A DNA stretch of 64,000 bases from Lytechinus pictus (GCF_037042905.1 NC_087252.1:1614001-1678000), one strand, 5' to 3'; counted from the first letter of the stretch, positions 31,501 through 43,724 are shown. The notes: a model not told the origin generated them from the letters alone. Numbers and translations: made by a program.

Positions 31501-34500
31501 AAGTACATGTAATCGGACATGCTGGAAGTTACTTCAGGTTTGGAGTTAAGCTACATCACGTCAATTTATTTCCATCCATCCCTCCCCCCTCTATACAGGT
31601 ATATATATCCATATTACATGATAACTAAGTATCAGTCCAGCATCCATCCCTCTCTCATTTGCTCCTCCCTCACCCCTTCCACATTTGATTTGATTTGATT
31701 TACCAATATAAAAACAATACATATAAAATCACAACATAATATAATACATGATAAAATAACATAGGATGGATCGCCCTACTCAGCTGAGCCATTACAGCAC
31801 AACTGTTCTGCCGAGGGGTCCAGCTACATGTATATTCAATAAACAATATGAATGAAATTCATAATACAAAAATAAACATCAATGACTACATACCAGTCTC
31901 CATCCATTGCTTTGTATTCAAAAGATACAAAAATATATATTTTTTTTCTATTTATTATTAATTTATTTATTTATTTATGTATTTATTCTTTTTTTTTTTT
32001 TTGGGGGGGGGGGTTAGTTCCTATTGGTTAAACCTTTTACTTTCTGTTTTTTTGTTTTGTCATTTTCAAAGGGGAAGTTTACCCTGACAATAAGTTTGTT
32101 TTCATTGAAGCATAAATATTAATACTCTCCATAGAGAAAAATAATTGTGAAGGATTGATTGTATCTGTGTTATAACAATAAGTTTTCATTTGTGTCGCCA
32201 CAGAAAAGTTCCTAAATGTGTCATGTGGCATTTTTTTTTTTAATATGCCATTTTCTCAAAAAACTGAAATTAGTTTGACTTGTGAGGTGGATATACATGT
32301 ATCATCAGACATATACCCCCTACTGTGAAAAAACATTTCTTGTCATCATGTTGTATTATAAATAAAAAATAATTTATGGAAACTATATATCGCATGTTAT
32401 ATTGTATGAGGGAGCTGCTCGCATATTGCTGCCACTAAACTCTCTTATTTATCTGCATTCAGGTATTTTGTGCACTAGGATTTTAGCACAAACAAAATAT
32501 CTGTTCAAAAAGGGTCTGAATGTAGAGACTAAACACATGAAATAATGCACTGCTGTTTGCTCCCATAGAGTTAAAGGAGAAACTCTCTGACAAAAAGTTT
32601 GTTGTAAAAATACCAGAAAAATTAATAAAAATATTGGTGAAGGTTTGAGGAAAATCCATTATAAAAGAATAAGAAAGTTGTTTGAATTTTAAGTTTTTGA
32701 GTTGTGATGGCACACATGTACATGCGAGCAGCTGCCCCATATACATAACATGCATAAATTTCAAATTTCTAATGGTTCAAATAAAATTTCTTCCTTCAGG
32801 AGTGGGTGTGAAAAAAAATTGTCTGTTGATATAATGATTAAAAAAGAAAAGAAACCAATTTCAATTTTTTTGAGAAAAATACCATGATTTTTTTTTCCAC
32901 CATACTTTGAAAGCTGCTCGCACATGACGTCACAAATCCCAACATTAACATTCTAATAATTTTTTATTCTTTGATGGGATATTCCGCAAACCTACATAAA
33001 TATTTTTTATTATTATTTTTGAAATAAAGTTTATGTCAGGGTGAACTTCCCCTAAAAACATTGTCACATGTCCATGAAGTCAAATCACCCAAAATTCTGG
33101 GGCCATATTCTGAAAATTGTCTTTCATTTTGAGAGTTACAATAAAATCAGTATTCTGATCCAAGGCAATTGAAAAGGGGCATTTTCAGTGGAGCACATGC
33201 AATGGATCACCAAGGTAATAGGTAAAAAGGGCACTTATAATCTTTATATTAAGTTATTTTGGCCTTAAAGGGGAAGTCACCCTGACAAAAAGTTTATTGT
33301 AAAAATAGAAGATAAAAATATCTAAGAACATTGACGAAGGTTCGAGAAAAATAAAGCAAAGAATAAAAGAGTGATTTAGAATTTCAATTATTTTATTTGT
33401 GACCTCATATGCGAGCAACTTTCCTACACATTGTATGGTATTAAAAAAAATCAATGTTTTTTACTGTACCTTCAGTATATGTATCAATTACAAATCATTT
33501 CACACTCGTTCATAAAAAAAGAACAAAAATAAGTAATCATGAACCATTTAAAAATTGATATACATGTATGCATTTTATATTACATAACATATGATATGGG
33601 GCAGCTGCTCGTTAATGATGTCACAAACCCAAAACTTGACATTCTTCTTCCAATAACTTTCTTAATTCTAATTTGCCTCAAACCTTCACCAATATTTTTT
33701 ATTATTTTTACTGCTTTTTTAAAACAAACTTTTCTTCAGGGTGAACTTCCCAGGCTTTATTAAGTCAACAATAATGTGGAAGGGCATCAAGGCCATTTCT
33801 TAGGGAATAAGAGGCCAACATGGCCATGGATGGATTTGTTTACATGTACAGTACACTGACATGCCATCTGCTGTGATGTACATTGTCTTGGAATGACCAC
33901 AGTATAATAGGCAACATGTTCACTGCAACCACCCTGCCTGTAGTGAATGTACATGTACAGATCTATGCAACACATATTTTAGAAATTCTTTTTAAATATT
34001 CACTTTTGCAACCAAAGATATTCATTCCCAAACAGATATGATTTTTTTTCCATTATCAACTTAGGAATCATTTTTGTTTATTTACCCGAGGTCCTGAGCA
34101 CCCAAAAAGTATAATTTGGGGTATATTTTTGTGTGGGCCCAGCAAATCACGTCCATGTTACCATGTTCAGTCCATGAACTTAAAATATTAACACCAACGT
34201 GTTAAGCTGCCAAAGGAATTACAACATCAACTATCAAGTAAGCTGGCACATTCGTCTGCATTACAAACATGACGATGAACGATCGAACTTCAAAGTAAGA
34301 ACCTGAACGCGTGTGTCTGTCATAAAAATTCAGTATTTTCCAGCATATATTTCAGAAAGGAGGCCGGAGGTAAGCTGATAAATATATATAGACCCCCTAC
34401 TTATTTTCATTCTTGTGCCCCTTTAATCTGCCCATCTATCAACAAAAGGGGGAATTAAGCAGTAAATGAGGAGGGTGAGGTAGCACAGTCACTCTTTTTA

Positions 34501-36707
34501 ATAGTCTTTTCCTCATGAAAATTATAGGCTGCTACTACATGTAGGCATAGATGCTGTAATGAAGTGTTGTGCCAAGTGCCAACCACCACCATCACCATGA
34601 TCAAGTGCTACGAGTCCTATGGCCGTCATCGGTCTATTGATGGAGGGGATACTGCGGAGCATCCCTGACAGAAATGACAGAAATAGACTTCTATTAAAGG
34701 TCAAGTCCACCCCAGCAAAATGTGTATTTGAATAAATAGAGAAAAATCAAACTAGCATAATACTGAAGATTTCATTAAAATCAGACGTAAAATAAGAAAG
34801 TTATGGCATTTTAAAGTTTCGCTTATTTTTCACAAAACAGTGATATGCACAACTCAGTGACATGCAAATGAGTCAATCGATGATGTCCATCACTCACTAT
34901 TTCTTTTGTTTTTTATTGTTTGAATTATACAATATTTCATTTTTTACAGATATGACCATAGGGACCGACTCAACTGAATCATGTAGTAATAAACAATGCT
35001 AATTCCACATGTTCAGGGAGGAATTAATCACTGTTTCACTTGACAATGAGGAGAAAATTAGAATATTTCATATTTCATATAATAAAATACAAAAGAAATA
35101 GTGAGTGGATGACGTCATCAGTCTCCTCATTTGCATACCAACCAGGATGTGCAAATAACTGTTACAGTATGTGAAATTAGGCGAAATTTGAAAATGTCAT
35201 AACTTTCTTATTTTACATCCGATTTTGATGAAATTTTCAGTGTTATGTTTGTTGGATTTTTCTCTTTTTATTCAAATCAATTTTTTGTTGGGGTGGACTT
35301 GTCCTTTAAGTTATATTATCAGTGATTCATATTAGTCTAACGGCAAACGCGTGTAACAACTTCATGTAAATTGTATCAAGTTAATGTTTGCATAGACCAA
35401 AAGCTTGTTCCCCTGAACTCTGTTGGCTCTAGCCAGGCGGCTTCTAGAGAGTAAAAATCATTTACTAACGTAAGGTTACTCTCATACGAAGCCAGGGCTT
35501 CTATCTCATAGACCCACACAAAGGAAGCCAAAACCTGAAACTTTCACCCCCGAGATTTCTACTTTCCTAGTAAAAGATCTAGACCTAAATCATGTACATG
35601 GGATAAAACTTCATTTCCGACATTTCTACGCTCTCGTTGTTATTTTTAAACAAGAATTCATTTAAAAAAATGAAAAAATATTGTGAAAAGACGGAAGAGA
35701 CTTGCCCGATGTTTACGCCGCCATCTTCTTTCTTATTGTACTTCCCCAACGTTACGGACGCGAGCGGGGGCGAAAGTTTCAGGGTTTTTTGCAGTACACG
35801 CAGATGAATAGGGAGGACTCCCTGGCTTCGTATGAGAGTAACCTTACGTTAGTAAATGATTTTTACTCTCTAGAAGCCGCCTGGCTAGTTGGCTCCACTC
35901 ACCAAATACAGAGACCGAAGTTCTAGCTCGATCTGTACAGGGACTCAATGGCCATATGTTTATGTATTAAGTTCGGATAAAACAGGGAAGTGAAGTTGCG
36001 TGACAGCCGAAGTAAGTCACTGTTTTTTCCCCACTTTACTGTCTTTGGTACATTTCAGGCCAAAACGGAATGATTATCTTGACTTTATTTTGGTTCAGTT
36101 CTTTTTATATATTTTCATGAAATAAAGACAAAAATCGATGAGCCCCGTCGGGGGGATTTTGCATTGTTAACCCCCTAATGGTGGCTGCACGATAGCGAGC
36201 CGTCTGTGTACGAGAAAAATAATAATTTAATGTTAAAATTTAAATAACTCCTCGAAACAGACGGCTGCCAGCTGTCTAATGTTTGCAGTGAATCAAGATT
36301 AAAAAAAAAACAGTGCAGCTCTCTCGCATGCATCATTCAGAGACACATTTACAACAGGGAAATTTGGGAATCTCACATTTTCTCTGATTACAACATGCAG
36401 TGCAGTGTGCACTGCAATGCACCACATGAATACATACCGGTACACGGTTATTGCACAGCTCACACACAGCACTTCGCTCCAGACCCGGCGAAACAACAAA
36501 GGGCCAATCGCACAACAGCAAAACGCCACCCAACGTAAAACGACCTCAAACTACGCTGCACAACAACTACACACAAACTCACACAGGAAATACGCCACGA
36601 CATGAAAACAACCATCGAAAAAGCAGTACAAAATATGGTTAATTAAAGTCGAAAACTTCACATTTCTTTTCTTACCCTTGATCTAGTGTGTGATCGAGAA
36701 CATCCAT
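20590..36707 (-). CDS. USF: Upstream stimulatory factor (USF1/2-type bHLH-ZIP), join(36707..36676, 27757..27699, 26396..26341, 25682..25554, 23069..22901, 22541..22454, 21573..21420, 20802..20590), 299 aa
   Basis: Eight exons total 900 nt, all GT-AG and phase-consistent. Contains QYQFRT..VTYRVVQV, the USF-specific region FYVMMSPQDVLQG..RTIAPRTH, basic region RRATHNEVERRRRDKIN, SKGGILSKTCDYI helix 2 and a leucine zipper. Confidence 0.97.
21420..21573 (-). CDS. USF: USF exon 7, basic region, helix 1 and loop
   Basis: RDERRRATHNEVERRRRDKINNWIVKLSKIIPDC; 154 nt. Confidence 0.98.
21650..21812. repeat. (CAT)n microsatellite in USF intron 6
   Basis: Direct inspection. Confidence 0.95.
21850..22416. 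mobile_element. Older TIR element containing a nested CACTG MITE
   Basis: CAATAACCAAAAGTTCCCGGACGTAGCTCA matches the reverse complement of TGAGCTACATCCGACAACTTTGGGCTATTG. Confidence 0.65.
22140..22381. mobile_element. CACTG...CAGTG MITE copy, 2-bp TSD CA
   Basis: Similar to 5745-5988 along its length. Confidence 0.88.
22454..22541 (-). CDS. USF: USF exon 6, USF-specific region (GQFYVMMSPQDVLQGASQRTIAPRTHQFNT)
   Basis: Diagnostic USR motif; 88 nt; TTGCAG acceptor, GTAAG donor. Confidence 0.97.
22584..22670. mobile_element. Mini palindromic MITE, TAA TSD (PIF/Harbinger-like)
   Basis: TAA|TGGGGCGTTGCAAGAAA...TTTCTTGCAACGCCCCA|TAA. Confidence 0.8.
22901..23069 (-). CDS. USF: USF exon 5 (VIQGSFNGES...ETRFTYFPA...GSSG)
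   Basis: VIQ and ETRFxYFPA USF motifs; 169 nt; G|GTAAGT donor. Confidence 0.95.
24090..24264. mobile_element. hAT-like MITE (CAGGGGTGTGAG ends), 8-bp TSD GACTCTAC
   Basis: TSD at 24082-24089 and 24265-24272. Confidence 0.88.
24609..24985. mobile_element. TTAA-target MITE family D (degraded, inverted relative to 27054-27448)
   Basis: AGGTAAA end; internal reverse-complement similarity to 27054-27448. Confidence 0.65.
25378..25548. repeat. (CAT)n microsatellite abutting the USF exon 4 donor
   Basis: Direct inspection. Confidence 0.95.
25554..25682 (-). CDS. USF: USF exon 4 (YQFRTDSNGQSQVTYRVVQV...ALTQ)
   Basis: Conserved USF YQFRT/VTYRVVQV motif; 129 nt, phase 0-0. Confidence 0.95.
26341..26396 (-). 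CDS. USF: USF exon 3 (GDQVVTDPSGEGPFAENIQ)
   Basis: CCTACAG acceptor, CAG|GTAAT donor, 56 nt. Confidence 0.9.
27054..27448. mobile_element. TTAA-target MITE family D, inserted in an older TTGACC-rich repeat (~26680-27520)
   Basis: TTAA|AGGTAAATT...AATTTAGCT|TTAA. Confidence 0.75.
27699..27757 (-). CDS. USF: USF exon 2 (PQDKDKDLDEEVTVHLTAD)
   Basis: TTTTTGCAG acceptor, G|GTAAG donor, 59 nt. Confidence 0.88.
28258..28295 (-). CDS. USF: Candidate alternative first coding exon of USF (MAKVVSLDIAQIR)
   Basis: ataATGG Kozak context, 12 codons + AG|GTGAG donor; phase 2, compatible with exon 2. Confidence 0.45.
30221..30600. mobile_element. MITE with CAGA(G/C)CTGCCAA ends and an apparent 6-bp TSD GATGCA
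   Basis: TIRs; GATGCA at 30215-30220 and 30601-30606. Confidence 0.75.
30830..31490. repeat. Degenerate (CCAT)n/(CCCT)n pyrimidine-rich low-complexity tract
   Basis: Direct inspection. Confidence 0.9.
32070..33751. mobile_element. Cluster of degraded TTAA-type MITEs, family C (AGGGGAAGTTCACCCTGAC ends; ~32070-32460, 32575-33053, 33269-33751)
   Basis: Repeated terminal motifs and shared internal GAGCAGCTGC/TGTCAC segments. Confidence 0.65.
34698..35305. mobile_element. TTAA-target MITE family A copy
   Basis: TTAA TSD, TIRs, similar to 7499-8099. Confidence 0.9.
35430..35887. mobile_element. Young hAT-like MITE with perfect 68-bp TIRs, 8-bp TSD GTTGGCTC
   Basis: TIRs 35430-35497 and 35820-35887; TSD 35422-35429 and 35888-35895. 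Confidence 0.92.
36676..36707 (-). CDS. USF: USF coding exon 1 (MDVLDHTLDQG)
   Basis: ATG...CAAGG|GTAAG; phase 2 matches exon 2; MDxLD N-terminus resembles vertebrate USF2. Confidence 0.85.
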
Positions 36708-36810
36708 GTGGTTGAAACGTGTGGGAAAGCAAAAACGAATCAGGATTTCTAGCGCTAGTCACGGGGCCAAACAAGTTGGTCATGTGAGAGAAAGATTGAA
36801 CATGTGACAA
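36701..36810 (-). promoter_or_regulatory. CATGTG E-box cluster at the USF 5' end
   Basis: CATGTG at 36705, GGTCATGTGA 36778-36787, CATGTGAC 36801-36808. Confidence 0.4.
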
Positions 36811-37137
36811 TACAGGCCTTCAGCATACATTATGCATACTGTACATGGCATTATGGCGACTTCTCTCTCGGGCCGGCTAGCTAGCTGTATTCATGAGCAA
36901 AGTTCAAAGAGCAGGGCGTTTCGTTTTCCTTCGTACCCCCTCCCCCCCCCCCCACCACCACAAGGAGCGGTGCCTTTTTCAACAACAGTCTGCTAAAAAA
37001 AAAAAGAGAAAACAGTAATATTTTCCTTTATATCTTTCGAATTATCCTTTATTTTCTTTAGATATACCGGTATATGTTGTTTATCTTTCTTTCGTTTTAT
37101 TTTTCCGTGCTTAACTCTCAGTTTCTCTCTGTCTTAA

Positions 37138-37729
37138 AGGACAAATCCACCCCAACAAAAAGCTGATTTGAACAGAAAGAGAAAAATCAAACAAGCATAA
37201 CACTGAAAATTTCATCAAAATCGGATGTAAGATAAGAAAGTTATAACATTTTAAAAAGTTCGCTTCAAAACAGTTATATGCACATCCAGTTTGGTATGCA
37301 AATGAGGGGACCGATGACATCACCCACTCACTATTTTTTTTTTTGGTATTTTATTATATGAAATATTTTGATTTTTTCGTCATTGTCATGTGAAACAAAG
37401 TTTCACTCCTCCCTGAACACGTGGAATTCCATTATTTTAACACTTGTGGTCCAGCAAGGGGTTCCTAATTGTCAAATTCGTAAAAATTAAAATATTGTAT
37501 AATTCAGACAATAACAAACAAAAGAAATAGTGAGTGAGTGACATCATCGACTCTCTCATTTGCATATCACTGATCGAGTTGAGCATAGAACTGTTTTGTG
37601 AAACTTTAAAATGTCATAACTTTCTTATTTTACATCTGATTTTGATGAATTTTCAGACGTTATTCATGTTTGATTTTTCTCTATTTATTCAAATCAACTT
37701 TTTTTTTTTTTCGGGGGTTGACGTGACCT
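37138..37729. mobile_element. TTAA-target MITE family A copy (inverted orientation), ~430 bp upstream of the USF ATG
   Basis: TTAA|AGGACAAATCCACC...GTGACCT|TTAA. Confidence 0.85.
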
Positions 37730-38278
37730 TTAAATTTCCCTTTCTCTTTCTATTTTTCCCTTTTACTCTTTCCTGTTTTGCTTAATCTTTTTCTACATCC
37801 TCTCGATTTCTTCATCTTTTTCTTTAGATCCTCCCCTTTTTTCTTGTATCGATCGACCCCACAATCAATCAACATCACTTTTTATTTTTTTTCTCTCTTA
37901 TCATTTCATACATCTTGTTAATATTTCATTTTGTAATTGCTAAAACGCATTAATATTAATTTCCAGTATCTTTGAAGTTTGATGCATAATTTGTATAATT
38001 ATACTTGTTATGGATTTATTGTATAATTTATAATCATGTTTCAAATAATTTGTACAACTTGCTTATTTTTTTTAATTTTATTTACAACAAGGGTGTCTAT
38101 ATAGCGGCTGAAAAGCCGAATTGCATTACCCTTTACAAGGCATAAAAAATACAATCAATATCAAACAAAGAGCAACTGAATTTACACAAATTCTACATCT
38201 TAAATACACTTATATCACGATATAAATTAAATTAAATAATAAATTGATACTGATAGTACATGCATTTGTTGTAAAATG

Positions 38279-38320
<42 letters not shown>

Positions 38321-38910
38321 GTACAGATTAATTAAAAATTCACATCTGAATGGCAAGACTCGTTTTTTTCTTTCCCGTAATAACCTGATTAAAAATGTTT
38401 TAATGAAATAATATGGTTCATCATCTTAAGTTGTTTACTCAAAGCAAAGGACAGAGAGAATTACAATAGGAATTAGAAAGAGAGGGAAATTGAGCGAAAA
38501 TCAAAGAGAGAGAAATGAAGGGAAAGAGGGAGAGAGGAAGGAGAAAAGCAACGAGGTGAATTGAGATAGTAAAACAAAGGACATATTGTCATAAAGAGAG
38601 ATTGCGAGTGTACAACAGATGGATACGTTATTAATTGATTGCACTTCCTATATAAAATTTGAGAATTTACAAAACAACGTAACTCCAGTCATGTAAATGA
38701 ACCTAATGTAGGGCTACAGAGGCCTGTGAAATGGATCCTGTAACCAAGGGCAAGACAAAAGCACGTAAAACAGTCTTAACATATGAATTCTTAGCAATGC
38801 GTCATATAGAAAAGTTAAAAAGAGGCATAGAAAGTAGAGATAGATAGATAGATATGGAATGTGAATGTGTATTTTTATTTGAAAGAATACAATAAAACAT
38901 ACTTTTAAAA

Positions 38911-38911
<1 letters not shown>

Positions 38912-38993
<82 letters not shown>

Positions 38994-39000
38994 TCAATCA
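38912..39000. repeat. (ATCA)n microsatellite, possibly a retroelement tail
   Basis: Direct inspection. Confidence 0.9.
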
Positions 39001-40680
39001 GTTAATCATTCTTATTTTTCAATTTCTTGTCCTTTTTTGTGTGCCCGTATAGGGGCCGCAGCATGCCCCTGGCTATACAGTCCAAACGGTTTTACCCTCA
39101 AGTCGATCGCCCACAAGGTTTTCATTACAAAATTGAGGTCAAGTTGGTTTTGAGAAACTTGAAAATAAAGGGTTTCTCTACACCTGGTCATTTTGGTAAC
39201 ATTTTTCAATTTTTACACACCTTCGAGAATACATGGGGGTGCTACCTATAAAGAATAGGTGCTACCAATAGTAGGTTCCTCCATTTCCATCTTAATTTAA
39301 TTTCTATTGAAAAATAATATACATATTTAAAACCTACAATGTGTTGCCCAAATTGTCTAAGTGTTTTTTTCACAACATATGTATTATTAATTTTTTTTTT
39401 CAACGGATACAAATATTTATGTTTATATATGGTATACAATTTGTTTTTGTTCGATGGAAGTGAAATAAATACATTTGAATTTGAATTTGAAGAATAATAC
39501 AAGCAGCACCCCCAATGAAAATCTTGGGGGAGGGGCTTCACTCCCTGCACCCCCGCTTCACAGGCCATATACAAAGGCCCAAGTGAAATTATAAACTGGA
39601 CACAAACTTTTACTTAAACAAATCATAATTCTAATTACATAACATGCCTGCATAAAATCATGAACTGAGGCCAGGTTAGGCCGAGGGTGTGTGTGTGTGG
39701 GGGGGGGGGGTATAAACTGTGAGTATAAAACAATTAATTGAAATAAAATGTAATACAAGCTCAGACGGCCCTTCCCATTTAATCCTTAATTCTTTCTTCT
39801 TTATTTTTTATTTTTTTCATTGCCCCCATTAATTTTGTGAGGGATCTAAAAACGAGAGCTAAAAAAATCCAATAAATAAAAAAAATATTGTAAAAGAAGG
39901 GAAAACTTAACCTTGATTTGAATAAATAATCAAAATATGAAACGATCATTATTTGGTTGATGTAACTGTCGTTTATACAATTCTTCGGGGGCATTTGATT
40001 TGCTTATCAAATTTTTTTCCTGACATAAATCTGCAAATCACAATTTATTGAGAATGAATACCTTTTTTGTCTTATTTAATATGTTTCTGTACGAAAATGC
40101 CCCCTTTTGGAAAATCCTGGATCCACCCTTGAACCCCCCTTCTTGCTTCTTCAGTTGCATTTTATCCCAAACCAGCACAAACTCCTTTCCTAAAAAATAT
40201 TGGTTATTCATTAATAACTATCAATAAATTATTAATTTCATTGAAATGGAATTAGCAAATAGGCCTATGTTTACTAACTAATGAAGGATGATGAATTGGC
40301 GTATGGATTCATTCATTGCAGTGATGCCTTACTCATGGCGCAAATCAAAATTTACATCACTGCAAAGAATACCATGATTATCCAAGCGTGAAGACATAGG
40401 CTTATCAATCTTTGTAATGAGAGATACTCTTTCTACAGTGCGCCCCCCCAAAAAAAAAAAAATCTATACACTTTTGAAATGGCTGCTAAATAAAAAATAC
40501 ATATAAATTTTGGAGGAAAACGCCTATATGGAAGCCAATAAAGTCACCTTTCAAATGACACCAAAAAGTTGGAAAACTATTTATGGTTGAGCGAGCACTA
40601 CCCACTTAAACAAAGGGTATGAAAATGATGCTGGGCAGGAATTAGCCTTCCAATTTTTTTTTTTTTTTACTCTCACGGTC

Positions 40681-41961
40681 CCCAGAAGGAAAAACCAGTT
40701 CCACTGGACCAGTTAGACCAGTAGAATTTTAACTGGCAACTCTGGAAATTGGAACATCGGTTTACTGGTCTAACTGGTCATACTGGTCATACTGGTCCAG
40801 TTAAAATTTTACTGGTCCAGTTAAAAATTAAACTGGTCTTGTTTTCTGGTGGTTGTTACTGGTCTCACTGGTATCCAATTTAAGCTGGTCTTTACTGGTA
40901 TTTTCTACTGGTCTGACTGGTCATCGAACTGGTCCTCGTACTGGTCTTACTGGATCAAGCTAGTACATGCATTTGGGTTGTTATATACCATGGTCAGTGA
41001 AATGTGATGGAAAAGATGGTTAGTAAATTAATATTTCTGCTGTTATTTAAAATGTGATATATCATATATGAAATTACATATTTTCATTGTGAATTAGTTC
41101 ACACACTTATTTGGAAAGTTTTTAAACAACAAAGAGTGCCATTGCAAGGATATTCCATTATAAATCCTGATTTTTCTTTTAAAAACAGGAAATATGCAAA
41201 TGAGGCAAACCACGTGATCAGCATCATCAGAATTACTGGTATTACTGGTCTTGACCAGTTCAATTTCAAACAATATATTACTTTAGACCAGTTGACTATA
41301 TCAGAGGAATATATCTTGCTCTTAATTAATCATAATTAAAGGAAATAATTATTTTAATGATAATGTTAATACTTGATAATTATGATATTAATAATAATAA
41401 TTACAATATCAATAACAATGATAACAGTAATAAGAATGCTAACAATGATCATAATAATCCTAAAATTAATAATTATGATAATTATAAGAAGAATGATGAT
41501 AACAATCGATAACGAAAATAACTTTCTCTGAATAGCAAGATTCATTTTCCATAATTTGTCAAATGATCTGACTTGAAATAAAGTCATTATTTATTGGACC
41601 AGTTACACCAGTTTGATGAAAAACAATTTAACTGGTATTACTACTTTGCTTCAACTGGAATGCAATTGTTTGAACTGGTCTCCAGTTGATTTTTATTGGT
41701 CCAGTAAAAAATCAACTGGTCCAGTAAACATATACTGGAAACCAGTAAAAATCTACTGGAAACCATTTATTGGACCAGTAACACCAGTTTGATGAAAAAC
41801 AATTTAACTGGTATTACTAATTGCTTCAACTGGAATGCAATTGTTGGAACTGGTCTCCAGTTAAAAATCAACTGGCCTAGTAAAAATATACTGGAAACCA
41901 GTAAAATTATACTGGAAACCAGTAAAAATTCTTACTGGTCTTACTGGTTTTACCTTCTGGG
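40681..41961. mobile_element. Non-autonomous element with CCCAGAAGG ends, ACTGG/CCAGT subterminal arrays and 2-bp TSD TC (CMC/EnSpm-like)
   Basis: TC|CCCAGAAGGAAAAACCAGT...ACTGGTTTTACCTTCTGGG|TC; dozens of ACTGG units. Confidence 0.8.
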
Positions 41962-42135
41962 TCATATCATGGAGCACCACATGTAGGCGAAATGAGAACG
42001 GCAGATCCACAACACAAAAATGGGTGCAATTCTAATAATAACCTATAGGTTTTAGAATTTTAAACCACACTCTAATGAATGCTAGGCTTCATGATGAATC
42101 TTCCATATTCGTGGCAATTATAACTAATTAATTAA

Positions 42136-42734
42136 AGGTCAAGTCCACCCCAGAATATTTTTGATTTGAATAAATATAGAGAAAAATCAAATTAGCAAAA
42201 CGCTGAAAATTTCATCAAAATCAGATGTAAAATATGAAAATTATGGCATTTGAAAGTTTCGCTTATTTTTCACAAAACAGTGATATATGCACAAAAACAG
42301 TGTCATGCAAAATGAGTCAGTCGATGTCCATCACTCACCATTTCTTTTGTTTTAGTATTGTTTGAATCATACAATATTTTTTTTTTTTTTTACAGATTTG
42401 ACAATTAAGACCAAATTCACTGAACCTAAAATAGTCCATACTATGCTCATTCATGTTCAGGGAGGAAAAAAACTTTATTTCACATGCCAACAAGGAGGAA
42501 ATTGAAATATTTCATATAATAAAATAGAAAAGAAATTAGTGAGTGGATGACATCATCAGTCTTCTCATTTGCATACCTACCAGGATGTGCATATAACTGT
42601 TTTGTGAAATTAAACTTTATAATGTAATAACTTTTTTATTTTACATCCGATTTTGATGGAATTTTCAGTGTTATGCTTGTTGGATTCTAATCTTTTCATT
42701 TATATCAAACTTTTTGTTGGGGTGGATTTGTCCT
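42136..42734. mobile_element. TTAA-target MITE family A copy
   Basis: TTAA TSD, TIRs. Confidence 0.88.
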
Positions 42735-43483
42735 TTAAAATTCGTAATATTTTTATAAATCCCTATTCTTCAAATCTCACAACTCAATTTCTTTTTTTTT
42801 ACAGCAGGATTAGCATAATTTTATACCACAAGTGTTGTCTAAGGTTTATAACTACACATGTGCTATCAGAATACCATATTGAGGCAGTCGACCCACGATG
42901 GCGGGGGGGGGGGGGGGCAAAACCATGTGACGATATCAAATCTTTTTTCAATTGTCAAAAGTATGAGAAAAGTGAAGAATCGCACGCCCGCACGACCCAG
43001 GCCGAGCTCCATCTTGGATTACTCACCTCCTCCTCTTGTTTTCCTCTTCTCCCTCTTCCTTTCCCTATTGAGAAAATTGACATGCGGTACGTCGCCCCTC
43101 CCCCACCCCTCTCTGCTTGATCTACAAGTTGTTGTAAAATATATTTACTTTTCATTGTTTTTTCTTTTACTGTTTTTCTATTGTGTCCATAAAAAGAAGA
43201 TTAGTAGGAAATTAATTGTACGCAATAATGGCGTTTTATCTAAGCTGAGAGCCCCCCCAACCTTCCATAATGTCAAGTTATTGTTTCACCCCGGGGTTTC
43301 ACCCCTTAAAATCATGTCCCCCCTTCAAATGTTATGTGTTTTTGTGATTGCGGCCTCAGTCAAGTACCACTACACTCTACAAAAAAAGTACATACTCAAC
43401 AAAACAAAAGAAAAGAAGCAGAAAAAAAACAATCTCAATATTTTTTATATTGATCAATAAAAAATTAATTGTAAAGGTGGTAG

Positions 43484-43537
43484 CGCCATCTTTCGGGGAT
43501 AAAAGAACATGCATTTCGAGCAATTTTCAAGATGGCG
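43484..43537. promoter_or_regulatory. Divergent pair of YY1-type (AAGATGGCG) motifs, probable USF3-like promoter/TSS region
   Basis: CGCCATCTT 43484-43492 and AAGATGGCG 43529-43537, ~150-200 nt upstream of the ATG. Confidence 0.45.
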
Positions 43538-43690
43538 AGAAAGCGTACGCCACAAGAAACATGTAAATTTTCACTGCCGTGTAACATCATTATTGCTTGG
43601 ATAGCATGACCGTTTCCCACGAATTCATATTTCATAGACTGTGCAACGCCTCAACATTTTTCTTCGTTAAGGTTTTCTAAAGAATAAAAG

Positions 43691-43724
43691 ATGGCAGAGA
43701 ATCTTGTAAACGGAGATGCCGACA
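43691..43724 (+). CDS. USF3: USF3-like coding exon 1 (MAENLVNGDAD)
   Basis: aagATGG Kozak context, A|GTAAGT donor; phase 1 matches the next exon; YY1-like motifs upstream. Confidence 0.65.

Noticed and set aside
40681..41961. CRISPR-like appearance of the ACTGG and GACGTC (8150-8527) arrays
   Set aside because: Irregular short units without unique spacers, located in transposon ends, eukaryotic context, no cas genes
42653..43566. 155-aa and 200-aa ORFs between USF and USF3-like
   Set aside because: The first starts in a MITE; compositionally biased; no recognisable domain or splice chain
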